DNA of 63,321 nucleotides, filler included, from Globobulimina sp. (GCA_003354225.1; 21 parts of 21 records of this genome joined end to end with filler, not necessarily neighbours in it), one strand, 5' to 3'. Shown: positions 11,991-23,809, counted from the whole stretch's first letter. The notes: generated by a model from the sequence alone, not told the origin. Numbers and translations: made by a program.

Positions 11991-12091
11991 NNNNNNNNNN
12001 NNNNNNNNNNNNNNNNNNNNNNNNNNNNNNNNNNTTAATTAATTAANNNNNNNNNNNNNNNNNNNNNNNNNNNNNNNNNNNNNNNNNNNNA

Positions 12092-12898
12092 AATATCATT
12101 GGGATCAGATCGTCAACAATCAAAAGAAATGCATATTTAATTGTAGATAACAGAAATGTTATAATATTTGATAATAATCAGAAGATCAGAACATATGATA
12201 TTCAATGTGATACATTTGAACATTTAAAAAATTACAAATTAATGATATTGGAATATTTCGATATTATCAAGCAACAAATAATAACATCGCAATTTATTTT
12301 ATATCGAGAAAATGTAACATTTGAAGATATATTGGTTTACATTGAAAACGAATTTGTTAAAACTGGAAATATTTTGAAATATGAATGGTGTGTCGAATTA
12401 AATAATTGTTTGCAACAAATGTGTTTGGATAAATATAGTCAACGATTATCTATTTACAATCATAAATGGAAAGGAAGAATGTTAGCAATTACGAATATTA
12501 AACATTCACCAAAATATAATATATATACATTTCAATTGAATGCAAAACATCCATGGATTAAATTTATGAATCATACAGATAAATTTCTTCAAATTAAACG
12601 AATTTGCACACAAAATTTTAAATTATTTGAGTTGGAGGCTGATAAATTTGCAGTAAATTTACAAGACCCTATATGGTTAACACCATCCTATGATGGAGGG
12701 TATACGCCATCATATGATATTTTAAACGCAAATTATTTATCATCGACATCTTCATCTTCTTCTTCATCATATATTACATACACTGAAAATGAATCAGAAA
12801 CATCAGAATCAAATAGTTCATCAGAATCAATAAACCCACTGTGTTCACCAAAAAAACCAAATAGTAACAGTAGTGATGATGAATGCAATGCTGATTGA
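12092..12898 (+). CDS. Orphan protein, 5' truncated; shares a domain with ORF 15139-17184
   Basis: The frame is open from 12092. Motifs YIENEF, WCVELNNCLQQM, YTFQLNAKHPW and a Ser/Glu-rich tail. Confidence 0.6.
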   Translation, partial: NIIGIRSSTIKRNAYLIVDNRNVIIFDNNQKIRTYDIQCDTFEHLKNYKLMILEYFDIIKQQIITSQFILYRENVTFEDILVYIENEFVKTGNILKYEWCVELNNCLQQMCLDKYSQRLSIYNHKWKGRMLAITNIKHSPKYNIYTFQLNAKHPWIKFMNHTDKFLQIKRICTQNFKLFELEADKFAVNLQDPIWLTPSYDGGYTPSYDILNANYLSSTSSSSSSSYITYTENESETSESNSSSESINPLCSPKKPNSNSSDDECNAD

Positions 12899-13204
12899 TC
12901 AGAAACAGCATCAATATAATATCTATATGCCCGACATCATCGCTATGTTCATATTAAAATATATTATCGACAAATTATCACATTTGTATTACAATATGCA
13001 TTACAACAATATTCTGTAATATGATCGATGACTTTTTAGTTTCTATTTTTTTCGGAAAGTTTTTTTTTACTTTTTATATTTTTGACATTGTAAACTTTTT
13101 TATTGTCAATTTTATGGAAGCAAATTTGCCGAAAATAAATTATTGAACCGGGTTTTCATTTTCCAAGCTAAAATGTGTACGCTGTTTTTAATGTAAAAGA
13201 AAGC

Positions 13205-15011
13205 ATGTCTACAAAGCAAGACCCAATAACACCAATAGCGTCATCAGGAGAGGAAGAATATCAAAAATTTAGTACTTTTAGCAATATAAACACAATCAAT
13301 GAAACCAATGAACTGAATACTAATAATAATCGCGATAGCGAACAGAAACAAAATTTGCGCATATTGCAGCGTCAACGAGGCGTCGAACAGTTAATAACCT
13401 CCGAAGAGAAATATTGCAACAGTTTAAAAAAAATAATCACATTATATTTTGAGCCATTATCTTCCCATTTATCTGCACAAAATCAATTTATTTTATTTGG
13501 TGATATCAAGACAATATACCAGAAAAACGCGCAATTTTCCATCGCCTTGGAACAAAAGTACAAAACATTCAATCCCTCCACCACGGTCATCGCCGACGAC
13601 ATCAACAAATATTTCAATCCAGATTTGCGCAGTTTATACCAAAACTATGTCAACAGACACGAAGAAGCTACAAAATTGCTCAGCTCTCTTCAAACCGATT
13701 CAAAAGTTAATATAAAATATATTCGCATAAACGCATAAACCCAAAAACACATTTAATGATATCCAGTTTGTTAAAATCTGTGATGAGGCCCAAAGTAAGT
13801 ACAAGAAAACAAGAAATGGAGACTCCCAAAGCAAGTACAAAGCAAATGACTTAGCTCTGGACATGGACATAAATATAGACATAGAAAAAGCACATCACTT
13901 AAAAAACCTGTTACTTTTACCCATTCATCGCATCTCCAAATACGAGTTAATAATCAAAGATATCGTCAACAACACGGACGAATCGCACGCAGATTACCCG
14001 AATCTAACTCTATGTTTACACGACATCTGCAGTATCAGTCAATTAATCAACGACAAAATGAAAGAGTTCAGCGAACGCGAAGTGGTTCGAAAGATCGCCA
14101 ATGCCATCAAAGGCAGCGAGTCACTCAAATTAGAAACGCCGTATAGAAAGTTCATCAAAAACGGGTATCTCATCAAAATGGGCAAAACCAAGCCGCAGAG
14201 ATATCGGTTCTTCCTCTTCAACGATCTGTTGTTTTATTGCAAGAAAATAGGCAATAAATCGGATAATAATGTCTTGGAAAACAGCCAGAACATTAATATC
14301 GAAAACGACACTGTGCAGGAAAAGGAAAATGAGGACAGCAAAAGTCATAGCAACGAAGCTTTGGAAGAGGTGATTCGGGACAAAGTGATCAATCTAAGTA
14401 CAGCCACAGTGAGCAGAGTGGCGCATGATTACAGCGACACGTCTGACTTACATGAAATAACCTCTTTATTTGGCGACTTGAACAAAGGCCGCAGCAAATC
14501 GCGCAAATCGCGCACGAAATTGTTTAGCGATCCGGAAGCGAGTATGAGTGACCCGGAAGATCTAAGCATGACTTTGTTTGGGATGAATATCGATATCCAT
14601 AATGAGATAGATGTTTTTAGCAATTTGCAGGCACATTTTAAAGTGCATAATCTGATGCCTATAGATGCTGCTTTCAGCGTATCAGATTTCAGAATACATC
14701 CACAAAGATACGAGAACAAAGCATTTGAGATCCGAAGCTCTGTCAAGTCTTTTATCGTTGTGGCTGAATCTGATCGGTCGAAGAAAGAATGGATGATGTT
14801 ATTAGAGCATTGCACCAACCAATTATTCCAATTGTCGTTGAAAAACAATGCATTGTAACTCAATTTGACCAATAAGAAGTCGAATAATGTATTGTCGTCG
14901 TGTAAGCAAAAGAGGCTGGCGGCCACTTTGTATTTGCCGACGAACTTTACCGAGCAATGTATGAAATGCGTAAAGCAGTTTGGTTACAGTAGAAGGAAGA
15001 ACCATTGTCAC
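13205..15011 (+). CDS. FGD-family RhoGEF (DH-PH-FYVE), 3' truncated; intron 13706-13766
   Basis: DH: EQLITSEEKYCNSL, LLLLPIHRISKYELII. PH: RKFIKNGYL, FFLFNDLLFYC, KSFIVVAES...KKEW. FYVE start: CMKCVKQFGYSRRKNHC. One in-frame TAA at 14856. Confidence 0.88.
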
Positions 15012-15138
15012 NNNNNNNNNNNNNNNNNNNNNNNNNNNNNNNNNNNNNNNNNNNNTTAATTAATTAANNNNNNNNNNNNNNNNNNNNNNNNNNNNNNNNN
15101 NNNNNNNNNNNTACAATGGGCGCAAATTATTTGGCTCA

Positions 15139-17184
15139 TTGTATAGAAATTGGAGTAACAACTATAAAATACAGGAAAATAATCAATTAGTGTTACAATT
15201 AGCTATGAATACTGGCACCTGGCACAGGAGGCATCATGTAAAGCTGATTGACACTACGGTGTGGGATAAAAAACCATTAAATGGATCAATAAAAACACGA
15301 AGAAGGTGGAGATATACATGGCCACCACGTGACGTCGTACACCTTCGATATCCATTTTGTGTGTTGGATAAAAATAAAGTTGTAATGTTGGCAAATGAAT
15401 ATGAAAAAGGGAAAATATTTGATCACGACGTTGCAAAGAAGGAAGGAAGTAATATGATGGTATTGAGGTATTTTAATATTATGCAACAGAAAACGAGTGT
15501 AGTTCAATATATTTCGTATCCATTTACTGTGAATAAGTTACGAATCCATTTCGTATCCATTTCTATCCATTTATGTTTTCGAATGAATACGTTTTTGTTT
15601 ACGTTTGTTACGTTTAGTCGCGGTGAAAAGATATCAAAATTAACAGTTGCTACACTACTTAAATATATTGAAAATTATTTTATTGAAATACAAGGAGTGG
15701 ACAATGCGTGGTATAGAGAATTAAAACATATTTTAAGGCAAATGAATAATGCATTTCAACACAAGTTATCTGTTTACAGCAGCAGTATGTCGTTTTATTC
15801 AAAGACAACAGCAGTATGTCGTTTAATTGACGCAGTTGATCATGACAGTGTGTTTTATACATTTCAAATTAATCCCAATCATCCGTGGTTTGCAATGAAT
15901 AAAACAAACAAATTTGATGAAATGAAAACAAAATGTAAAGAAAATCATGTTAAATTCCATCCAAACGTTGTTACTTTTTACCAACAGCATAAATATGGAT
16001 ATGTTTTGATTGAAACACGGACAAATAAAGATATGTTAACTCAATGCATTCGCAACTATTATCGTAAACGATTAAACGACGAAGAAAAACAAATATTTAA
16101 ATCAGATATGCAAACCATTTTTGATTTAAGCAAGCTATCAAAACATCGATTTGTACAAACAGCACAATTAAAAAAACAAATTAGCAAAGTTTATGGTAAT
16201 ACTATTCATCCAAAATTCATTGCATTGAGTAAAACCTCAAATGTTTGTAAATGTCGTGATTGTCGTCACGGAACATTTTATAGTTCAGGTCGCTGTCAAG
16301 ATAGCGGTACAAATAAATTTAATTGTTACATTTTATTGAATGAGCAAGGCATTGATGAGACGAAATTATTTCATGTTAATATATATAGTCCTGAGCATGG
16401 AGCATATCCCTTTTATCAAGAGTCACAATGCAAGACTCTGACCATTGCATATAAGAAACAATTTGATACTGATGAGTTTATTGCAGATTTGTTTCATATT
16501 ATTTATAAATCCACTGATCATATTTTATATGATGCTTATAAGAATTTACTATATTTATATTATGATATGGCACAACAAGATGATGACGACGATGATTGTG
16601 ATCGTATAGAACCAGAAGGATTGGTAAAACCAGCATCATCCAGCAAAATTAAATGCATTTTGCAAACAAAGCTTTATGAAAAACAAAGATTTCAACCAAT
16701 ACAAAAAGTTGATCGCTATGCAAATAATGAAATACGTGAAAAAGTTGTACATTTTAATTTATTTATGGTTCGAATAAAACCACAATCTGAAGCAAGATCT
16801 ATCAAATTAAGAATTGAATTTAATACAACCAGCAAAGTTCCACCGGAATATGGCGACAACCGTGTTGGCTCACCATTACATTGTTGGATAAATAAAACTG
16901 ATACCTTACAATATGTGATTAATAAATATTTGAAATCCGCCAAAAATTATATCCAGGCTTATTATAAAATAAAAGAGAAAGATGGGACAGTGAACAAAAC
17001 TATAATATCAAAAAAGAAATGGAGTGCTTATTTGTTGTATTTTGAAATGGATTTGTCAAATGAACGTTTATTGTGTCAATTTAATTGTAAAAAAATCAGA
17101 CATACAATGGCCAATGCTAAAATACCGAAATATTCTCATACAATGTATCAGCAATTTGACTCAGTAATTAATATGAAAATATAA
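15139..17184 (+). CDS. Large orphan protein (possible in-frame intron about 15537-15618)
   Basis: 681-aa ORF. Shared-domain motifs YIENYF, WYRELKHILRQM, YTFQINPNHPW, and a CKCRDC cluster. Confidence 0.6.
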   Translation: MYRNWSNNYKIQENNQLVLQLAMNTGTWHRRHHVKLIDTTVWDKKPLNGSIKTRRRWRYTWPPRDVVHLRYPFCVLDKNKVVMLANEYEKGKIFDHDVAKKEGSNMMVLRYFNIMQQKTSVVQYISYPFTVNKLRIHFVSISIHLCFRMNTFLFTFVTFSRGEKISKLTVATLLKYIENYFIEIQGVDNAWYRELKHILRQMNNAFQHKLSVYSSSMSFYSKTTAVCRLIDAVDHDSVFYTFQINPNHPWFAMNKTNKFDEMKTKCKENHVKFHPNVVTFYQQHKYGYVLIETRTNKDMLTQCIRNYYRKRLNDEEKQIFKSDMQTIFDLSKLSKHRFVQTAQLKKQISKVYGNTIHPKFIALSKTSNVCKCRDCRHGTFYSSGRCQDSGTNKFNCYILLNEQGIDETKLFHVNIYSPEHGAYPFYQESQCKTLTIAYKKQFDTDEFIADLFHIIYKSTDHILYDAYKNLLYLYYDMAQQDDDDDDCDRIEPEGLVKPASSSKIKCILQTKLYEKQRFQPIQKVDRYANNEIREKVVHFNLFMVRIKPQSEARSIKLRIEFNTTSKVPPEYGDNRVGSPLHCWINKTDTLQYVINKYLKSAKNYIQAYYKIKEKDGTVNKTIISKKKWSAYLLYFEMDLSNERLLCQFNCKKIRHTMANAKIPKYSHTMYQQFDSVINMKI

Positions 17185-17330
17185 ATTTTAACTCTCTGTA
17201 ACAGTGTAACTACTGTAAATATGTATTAAATAATTTTAAATTATTATAATGATCCATTAAGTGAACGGCACAGCAAAATTAATGAGTGGAATATCATCCA
17301 ACTGTTATAGTCATCTTTTTTGCAGCTCAA

Positions 17331-18032
17331 ATGTCCTCTGTATCTAGCAACGATTTGCAAAAGAAATTAGAAACGATCTTAGCTTATCCTCATTCGTCTA
17401 TATTCTATTCAACATTTCGTGATTTTGATCGTGATATTAAACATCATTTATCTTCGGTTTCTCGAATGAGTTGGCCTCCAATTCGATTTTCCAATATTGC
17501 AACACGAAAAGCGACCAGTTTTACATATGGAAGACATGTAACATTTACTCATTTAAATGACTGTCATCCGAATAAACAAAGAATGAAATTTGGTTTAAGC
17601 CTTTTCAATAAATCCAAATCACGAAAATTTCTAAAATTTCCATCGTATTATTCAAAGGCATATCATATGGAATACGGGAAAAAATCATCATTTTGGACTG
17701 TAGCTCATATTAAAGATTTTGAGAATGACAAAACATATTTTGATGCAATATCAATGCATGTAATGATGGATTCAATTAAAAGAAAGAAAATCGAGGTTAT
17801 CTCTCAGATCAAGTCAATATGCGATGATAATTATAATAATGTATATCCACAACAATTGAAACCGAAATATAATGAATTAAAAAATGTTTTTATCGATGAT
17901 TTGAAAATATTAAATCAACTACGAAATAATAGAAATAAAGCATTGATATATTCATATGGGATACAATTAAGATTTGGTGATGAAGATGTAAATCATCACT
18001 TAAATGTAGCGACATATATGAAATATGTATAT
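17331..18032 (+). CDS. Hypothetical protein, 3' truncated
   Basis: Long ORF with host-like codon usage; no recognised domain. Confidence 0.45.
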
Positions 18033-18132
18033 NNNNNNNNNNNNNNNNNNNNNNNNNNNNNNNNNNNNNNNNNNNNTTAATTAATTAANNNNNNNNNNNN
18101 NNNNNNNNNNNNNNNNNNNNNNNNNNNNNNNN

Positions 18133-20266
18133 GATAGCGTACGATACGATGCTATACGTCATACCACAAAAATACACAGCCACTGCCACATTAACACAAA
18201 CCATGACCATCTTATTTGCGCGCGTTGAGAGCGTATCCACTGAGCTAACCACATTGCGGTATGAGATGAAGCGTATAGAAGCAAAGCGAGCGTTGGAACG
18301 TGAGGAGAAAATGAAACAGGAAGCAAAAATTGAAGCGGATTCAAAGCCTGATCATGATGATGGATATATTATCATTGAATCGAAACCAAACAACAACAAT
18401 GAAGAAAGCAAGGAGAGCCAGAGCGGTGATTACAATGCGGAAGAGTTGATCGAACAAATCCCATTAACCACCGAAGATTGCTGTTGCTCCATCTTACAAA
18501 ACATAATCAATAATGTGACTGCTGCACAGGAAGAAAAGGAGAAAATCAAAAACAAAAAACAACACACTTTGATGATTGTAGGCAACGTGATCGAGGATAT
18601 GATCACCGATTCATTGCAGATTCATGTGGAGAGATTAGCCGATGCCTATAAACGAAGAGGCAATCAAGAATACAGTAAGAATAGACACCGTACGGCACTC
18701 AAATATTATCAAAAAGCGCACCAATTAAACCCGAAAACACCCATTTATTTGGTGAATATGGGCATTACTTATTATGTCTTGAATGAATTGAATGAGTCGC
18801 ATCGATTATGCATTGATGCGGTCAAAGTAGGCAAGAAAAATGGTGCGCAGATCCAATGGATTGCGAAAGCATTCAGTACATTGGCCCACGTTGCCTATAA
18901 ACAGCAGAAAATATCAGCCTGCATTCGCTTTTATAGACTGTCGTTGAAGGAATACAAAGATGCGAAAATCAAGCGCAAATTGAATGAAATCATCCAGGAA
19001 TTTGGCGATGCAACCAATGATAAAAATGACCAAGAATTTTGGGAGCGTGTGGTGACGCATAGTGACTATAACACGCCGGAACATACACCTTCTGTGCCGT
19101 CGACCGGCACGCAATCGGACAATGATGACACACCGCATATGGCCAAAAGGAAGACACAGTCACAATTGGTGGCGTTGTTGAGCAAGCTCTATAAGGATTG
19201 TTTTATGGTTTTGGAGGAATTATGTAAATTAGCAGCCAAACAGAAAGTGGATAAGTCGTTGTTGCAAAATAATCAATGGAGCAGTTTTTTATTCCCTAAA
19301 AATGATAATGATTTAATCAATATACGCTCGCGGTCGCTATCGTTGCGGTTACTAAATTCTGCGATGCACAATGTCGGACAGCACTTGTCATCGACCAAGA
19401 AATTCATCTCTATGATCAGAACTAATTTAGTGCCGACTCTATGTGCAAATGTGACCTCTACCATCGAGTCTATTATACAGTTACGTTGTGTTGTGTTTTT
19501 CTATGTGTTTCCGTATACAAACTGACAAACACTGTGATGATGTGTGTGTAGAATGGCTATGAGCATATTTAAAGCATTGGTGGAGAGATTTAAACATAAG
19601 TTAGTCTCTGAAATTGGAGTATTATTCGATTCATTTTTGTTGCTAGCCTCGAGTCCGAATAGTACCTTTCAACAGAAATTGGAAGTATTGAAAGTTTTGA
19701 GTGATATATGCAACGATGGACATACCACAGTCTCTTTATTTCTCAATTATGACTGTAGCAATCAAGTGACGCGGCCGAAGGTATTTCAACATATTATATC
19801 CACAGTGGAGCACATTAATAATACGAAATTAGAATCGCGCGATTGGATAAATGAAGAGGAAGCAAATGCATTACGCACTGCGGCGTTAAAGTGTTTTGTG
19901 ACCATTATGGAATCATTAGTGACATGGCAATGTTTCAGGGAACCACTACAAGAAAATATACCAAATTCCAAATCATTGCAACACAAAAGTAATACACCTC
20001 TGAAACCATTAGTATTCAATAAAAATGGCAAAACCATTACAAAGGATAATAAAGACACGGAGACCAAAGAGAATACCAGCGACGAATTAATACGTTCTGG
20101 ATCTATGTCCTCGTTAAACGGCACCCCGCCCAATGAAGAAAGTGTATCATTAAGCACGTCGGAGATGGAATTCCCACCAAATTACCACGACATATTTGTA
20201 TCACAGAAAAAAAAGGAAGAAACTTTCAGAAACGGCGTGGTTAAATTCAACATCAAGCCTACTCAG
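18133..20266 (+). CDS. BIG/Sec7-type ArfGEF N-terminal half (DCB-HUS) with an inserted TPR domain; intron 19480-19551
   Basis: ATATLTQTMTILFARVE (DCB end), KDCFMVLEELCKL, RSRSLSLRLL, LFLNYDC (HUS box), ALKCFVTIMESLVTW, GVVKFNIKP (start of the Sec7 domain). Confidence 0.85.
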
Positions 20267-20404
20267 GTTAAGTAAAAAAAAAACTTTCCCGATGAAAAAC
20301 GCTTTTTTTTTGCAAGAAATTTCTGAAAAAAGTTGAAATATAATATTTCGAAAGAAAAACTAAATATAAATATGTAGAAATATTGTCAATTTGCCCATGC
20401 AAAA

Positions 20405-21052
20405 CTACAATAATTTCTCCTCTTTCTCTCTTAAAATGTATCCCTCCGCATACAAATATTCAATCACTTGATCCACCGCTTGCGCTACACTTAATTTGCC
20501 AGTTTCAATTCTGATCTCCGGATTTTGTGGTTCTTGATATGGATCATCCACACCAGTCATGCCTTTAATAATCCCTTTTCTTGCCTTCTCATACAATCCT
20601 TTCTTATCCCTTTGCTCGCATAATTCCAATGACGCCGCCACAAAACACTCAATATAACCACCTTCCGCTTCGCACGTTTCTCGCACAAAATCCCTCGACA
20701 CTTTATACGGCGCAATGGGCGCCGCAATGGCTAAACCACCGCACTTTGCAATCAACGACGAGATGAATCCAATCCGTTTAATATTCAAGTTTCGATGCTC
20801 TTCACTGAATCCTAACTCGCTTGAAATCAATTTCCGGATATAATCGCCATCCAATATGCTCACTCTACGCGATTGCAACTCCATTAATTTCTCACATAAC
20901 GCATTTGCAATGGTGGACTTACCGCTGCCTGACAAGCCCGTAAAAAATATGGTTAATCCTTTGGTATGATTTGGAGGATGCGCCGTACGCAAAATCTTCA
21001 CCACATCCGGATAACTAAACCAATCCGGTATATCCCCGCCGGTCTGCAATCT
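20405..21052 (-). CDS. cysC: Bifunctional ATP sulfurylase-adenylylsulfate kinase, C-terminal part
   Basis: Sulfurylase tail IPDWFSYPDVVKIL, then APS kinase motifs TIFFTGLSGSGKST, LDGD, LGFS, RDKKGLY, TGVDDPY. Confidence 0.92.
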   Translation of the reverse strand, partial: RLQTGGDIPDWFSYPDVVKILRTAHPPNHTKGLTIFFTGLSGSGKSTIANALCEKLMELQSRRVSILDGDYIRKLISSELGFSEEHRNLNIKRIGFISSLIAKCGGLAIAAPIAPYKVSRDFVRETCEAEGGYIECFVAASLELCEQRDKKGLYEKARKGIIKGMTGVDDPYQEPQNPEIRIETGKLSVAQAVDQVIEYLYAEGYILREKEEKLL

Positions 21053-21708
21053 NNNNNNNNNNNNNNNNNNNNNNNNNNNNNNNNNNNNNNNNNNNNTTAA
21101 TTAATTAANNNNNNNNNNNNNNNNNNNNNNNNNNNNNNNNNNNNNNNNNNNNTTGTTTCTATTTGTCCATATTGTGTTTGCAAATTAATGGTATTTACAG
21201 CACAATTGGTACAAAGACAGACGCTCTACTTTAAGGTTTGCCGTACGTATTTCTAATTTCTTGCCATATATTGAATATATTTCCAAACTTAACTGATATT
21301 TATATTACAACTAAAAATAAATATCCATTTTCATTATCCAGATTTATAGAAATATTGACTGGATTACCTTCATTGAAAAGGAAAAACAAAATTAAATGTA
21401 AAATTGAAGCAAGATGGAAAGAACCAGAAAAACAAAATGGTGAACGAAGTTGGTTATATGAGGCATATTCTCAATCAAACATAAAATCGACATTGTTTGT
21501 ATGAAGTTTGGATCAATATAAATCGGAATCTGATATATTAACCTTTGAATCAATATAATCCAATTTATTCTGTGTTTTTCTTGCGATTTATAATGATGTG
21601 TTTGTCTTTTTCTTTTGTATGTACATTTGTGACTTGTTTTGAAGAGGTCATCGATTTTGTGCGTAACTCTAAAATATAATTAGCTAAAAAACCGTACTTC
21701 TGTCCAAA

Positions 21709-22566
21709 ATGGGTGCTACACTGACACAAACAAACCACAATGAACAAACATTGACAGCTTTATTTCCAGCGATGGATGCAGTCACAATACAAGTTAAACA
21801 ATATGAGCACAAAATATCTTGCAAATTAAACAAACACTTTACTTGTTTATATGTAGCAAACATTGAATACAACCCAAGGCGACACAGCCAAAGCCATTGT
21901 ATTATTAATTCAAACACCTCCGTCCTCGCCTGGTTCGATACCACCAAAAAATAAAGTGTATGAACAACATACTGATTCCAACGAGAAAGCCTTCATCAAA
22001 GCAAAAATGAAAAGCAATCAATGCCACAGATTTTATTATGTATTATCCATTGCATTCTGGATATTCGCAGCAATGCTCTTTGTTGTCTCCACCATATTAT
22101 CCGCAACAGAATTTATTGTAGATCCATCATTTGCAATTACAATGTGTCTTTGTTCTGTAATGGAACTGCTATTTACATTGTTGATATTATACGGAGTGAT
22201 CTCGCACAAAATATGGTGTATTTGGGTCACATTAATATGGACAGCATTGCATGGGATGACTACAATATATTTGTTGGTGAAATGGCATAACGACTCACTA
22301 TTTATATGGTATTACATTGCTTTGGTGCTATTCTATTGGTTTTGTGTATTTATATTTAATATTATGTATTTTATTAAGGTACGTATGCGTAATAATTATA
22401 TGTTGTCTCTTTTTGTTTTGTTACAATTAATTTGCAGTTAAATGCAGCAGAATCAATGTTCAATTCAATTATTGCAGAAACAAAGGATGCAGTGATTAAA
22501 GAACGCGCAAAAGTGCCCATTAATAACAACGGCAACACCCCGACTCTGGTAAGCCTCAACAAATAA
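21709..22566 (+). CDS. CUE-domain, four-transmembrane protein (introns 21793-21856 and 22379-22437)
   Basis: The spliced N-terminus LTALFPAMDAVTIQ|QTLNTTQGDTAKAIVLL fits the CUE consensus (FP ... LL). Four hydrophobic segments follow. Both introns are phase 0, GT-AG. Confidence 0.6.
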
Positions 22567-23254
22567 TACAGCAGAAACTGCAGAATTTGATTCAAATCCG
22601 TCATTAAATAGTGAGGATACGTATAGCTGTACAAGTAGCGATAAATCACATTTGTAAATGGAATGTGTTGTATCTTCACTGTCAGTTATTTCATATATTA
22701 ATATATAATGCAATATATACTTTCTTTGGTTGTTTCATATCGATTGTCGTCAGATATATCTGCGAAATAATTTGTGTTTTTATTGTATGTTTAATTTAAT
22801 TTTAAAGTGTGTTTGTTATTTTACAGTATAATATTTTTTCAATGCCATACAAATTAAGAACCGCACATTTAATTTTTCAGCAACAGAAAATTTTTAAACC
22901 GTGTTTTTGTTCTGACGCTGAAAAATTAATTATAAGCGGATCTTAGTTGTTTTTTTTTTCGTTAAATTTATATAGTTTTTTTTTATTACAACGAAATAAA
23001 TATTAATTGATCGATGAAACGGAATGATCATTTTTTTTGTTCGTGTTCACATTTCGCCAATTTCATTATCTTGAAATTCAACCTTGGACCAATCGTTATT
23101 CATCGAGAATTGAGTTGATAATCCTGCATAAAAAGCAAATGATTTGGTTCATCCATTTGGTTCTGACCTGGATTATCTAACAAAGGGATGTTACTTATTT
23201 ACCAAAACTCATTCTTAACTTCAACAACACTAAAAACTCTCACATCTTGTTAGC

Positions 23255-23809
23255 ATGAACCAGACAATGTTTGTATCGACAATATTATACAGCACAGCAT
23301 CGATGATTTTCATTGCATTGATGGCTCAGATTTCCTTTAAGCTTTCCCCAAAAATATCAACTGTTCCGATCACAATGCAAACATTTGCAATCCATGTCAT
23401 CCCACTGCTGTTTGGCTGCAAAATTGCGACTTTGTCAGCAATACTCTATTATATCGCCATTGGAGTGGGTTTACCGTTTGGTGCCGGCGGAGAAGGTGGA
23501 ATAAAAAAATTGTATCAAACAACAGGTGGATATCTCGTTGGTTTTATTTTGTCATCATTTCAGATTGGAATTATGATTGAAAATAACCAGCAAAATGTTA
23601 TTGCGCCATTGTTGTTTGGTAATGTCATTATATTTATTTCCGGTGTGATTTGGTTGCCGTTTGGATTATCTTTCAAGACTGGCAAAAAAATTTCAAATTT
23701 TACAAATGTCAAAGATTTATTGATGTGGGGTGTTATTCCGTTCATTCCTGGCGATTTAATTAAAATAGCATTGGCTTTATTGGCCCACAAAATATATCAT
23801 TTAATTTGA
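23255..23809 (+). CDS. bioY: BioY biotin transporter (ECF S-component family)
   Basis: VPITMQTF, GLPFGAGGEGG, TGGYLVGF and PFIPGDLIK are BioY hallmark motifs; 184 aa, hydrophobic. Confidence 0.9.
   Translation: MNQTMFVSTILYSTASMIFIALMAQISFKLSPKISTVPITMQTFAIHVIPLLFGCKIATLSAILYYIAIGVGLPFGAGGEGGIKKLYQTTGGYLVGFILSSFQIGIMIENNQQNVIAPLLFGNVIIFISGVIWLPFGLSFKTGKKISNFTNVKDLLMWGVIPFIPGDLIKIALALLAHKIYHLI

Noticed and set aside
23010-23200. Possible box C/D snoRNA upstream of bioY
   Set aside because: No canonical RTGATGA box with a terminal stem, and no recognisable guide.
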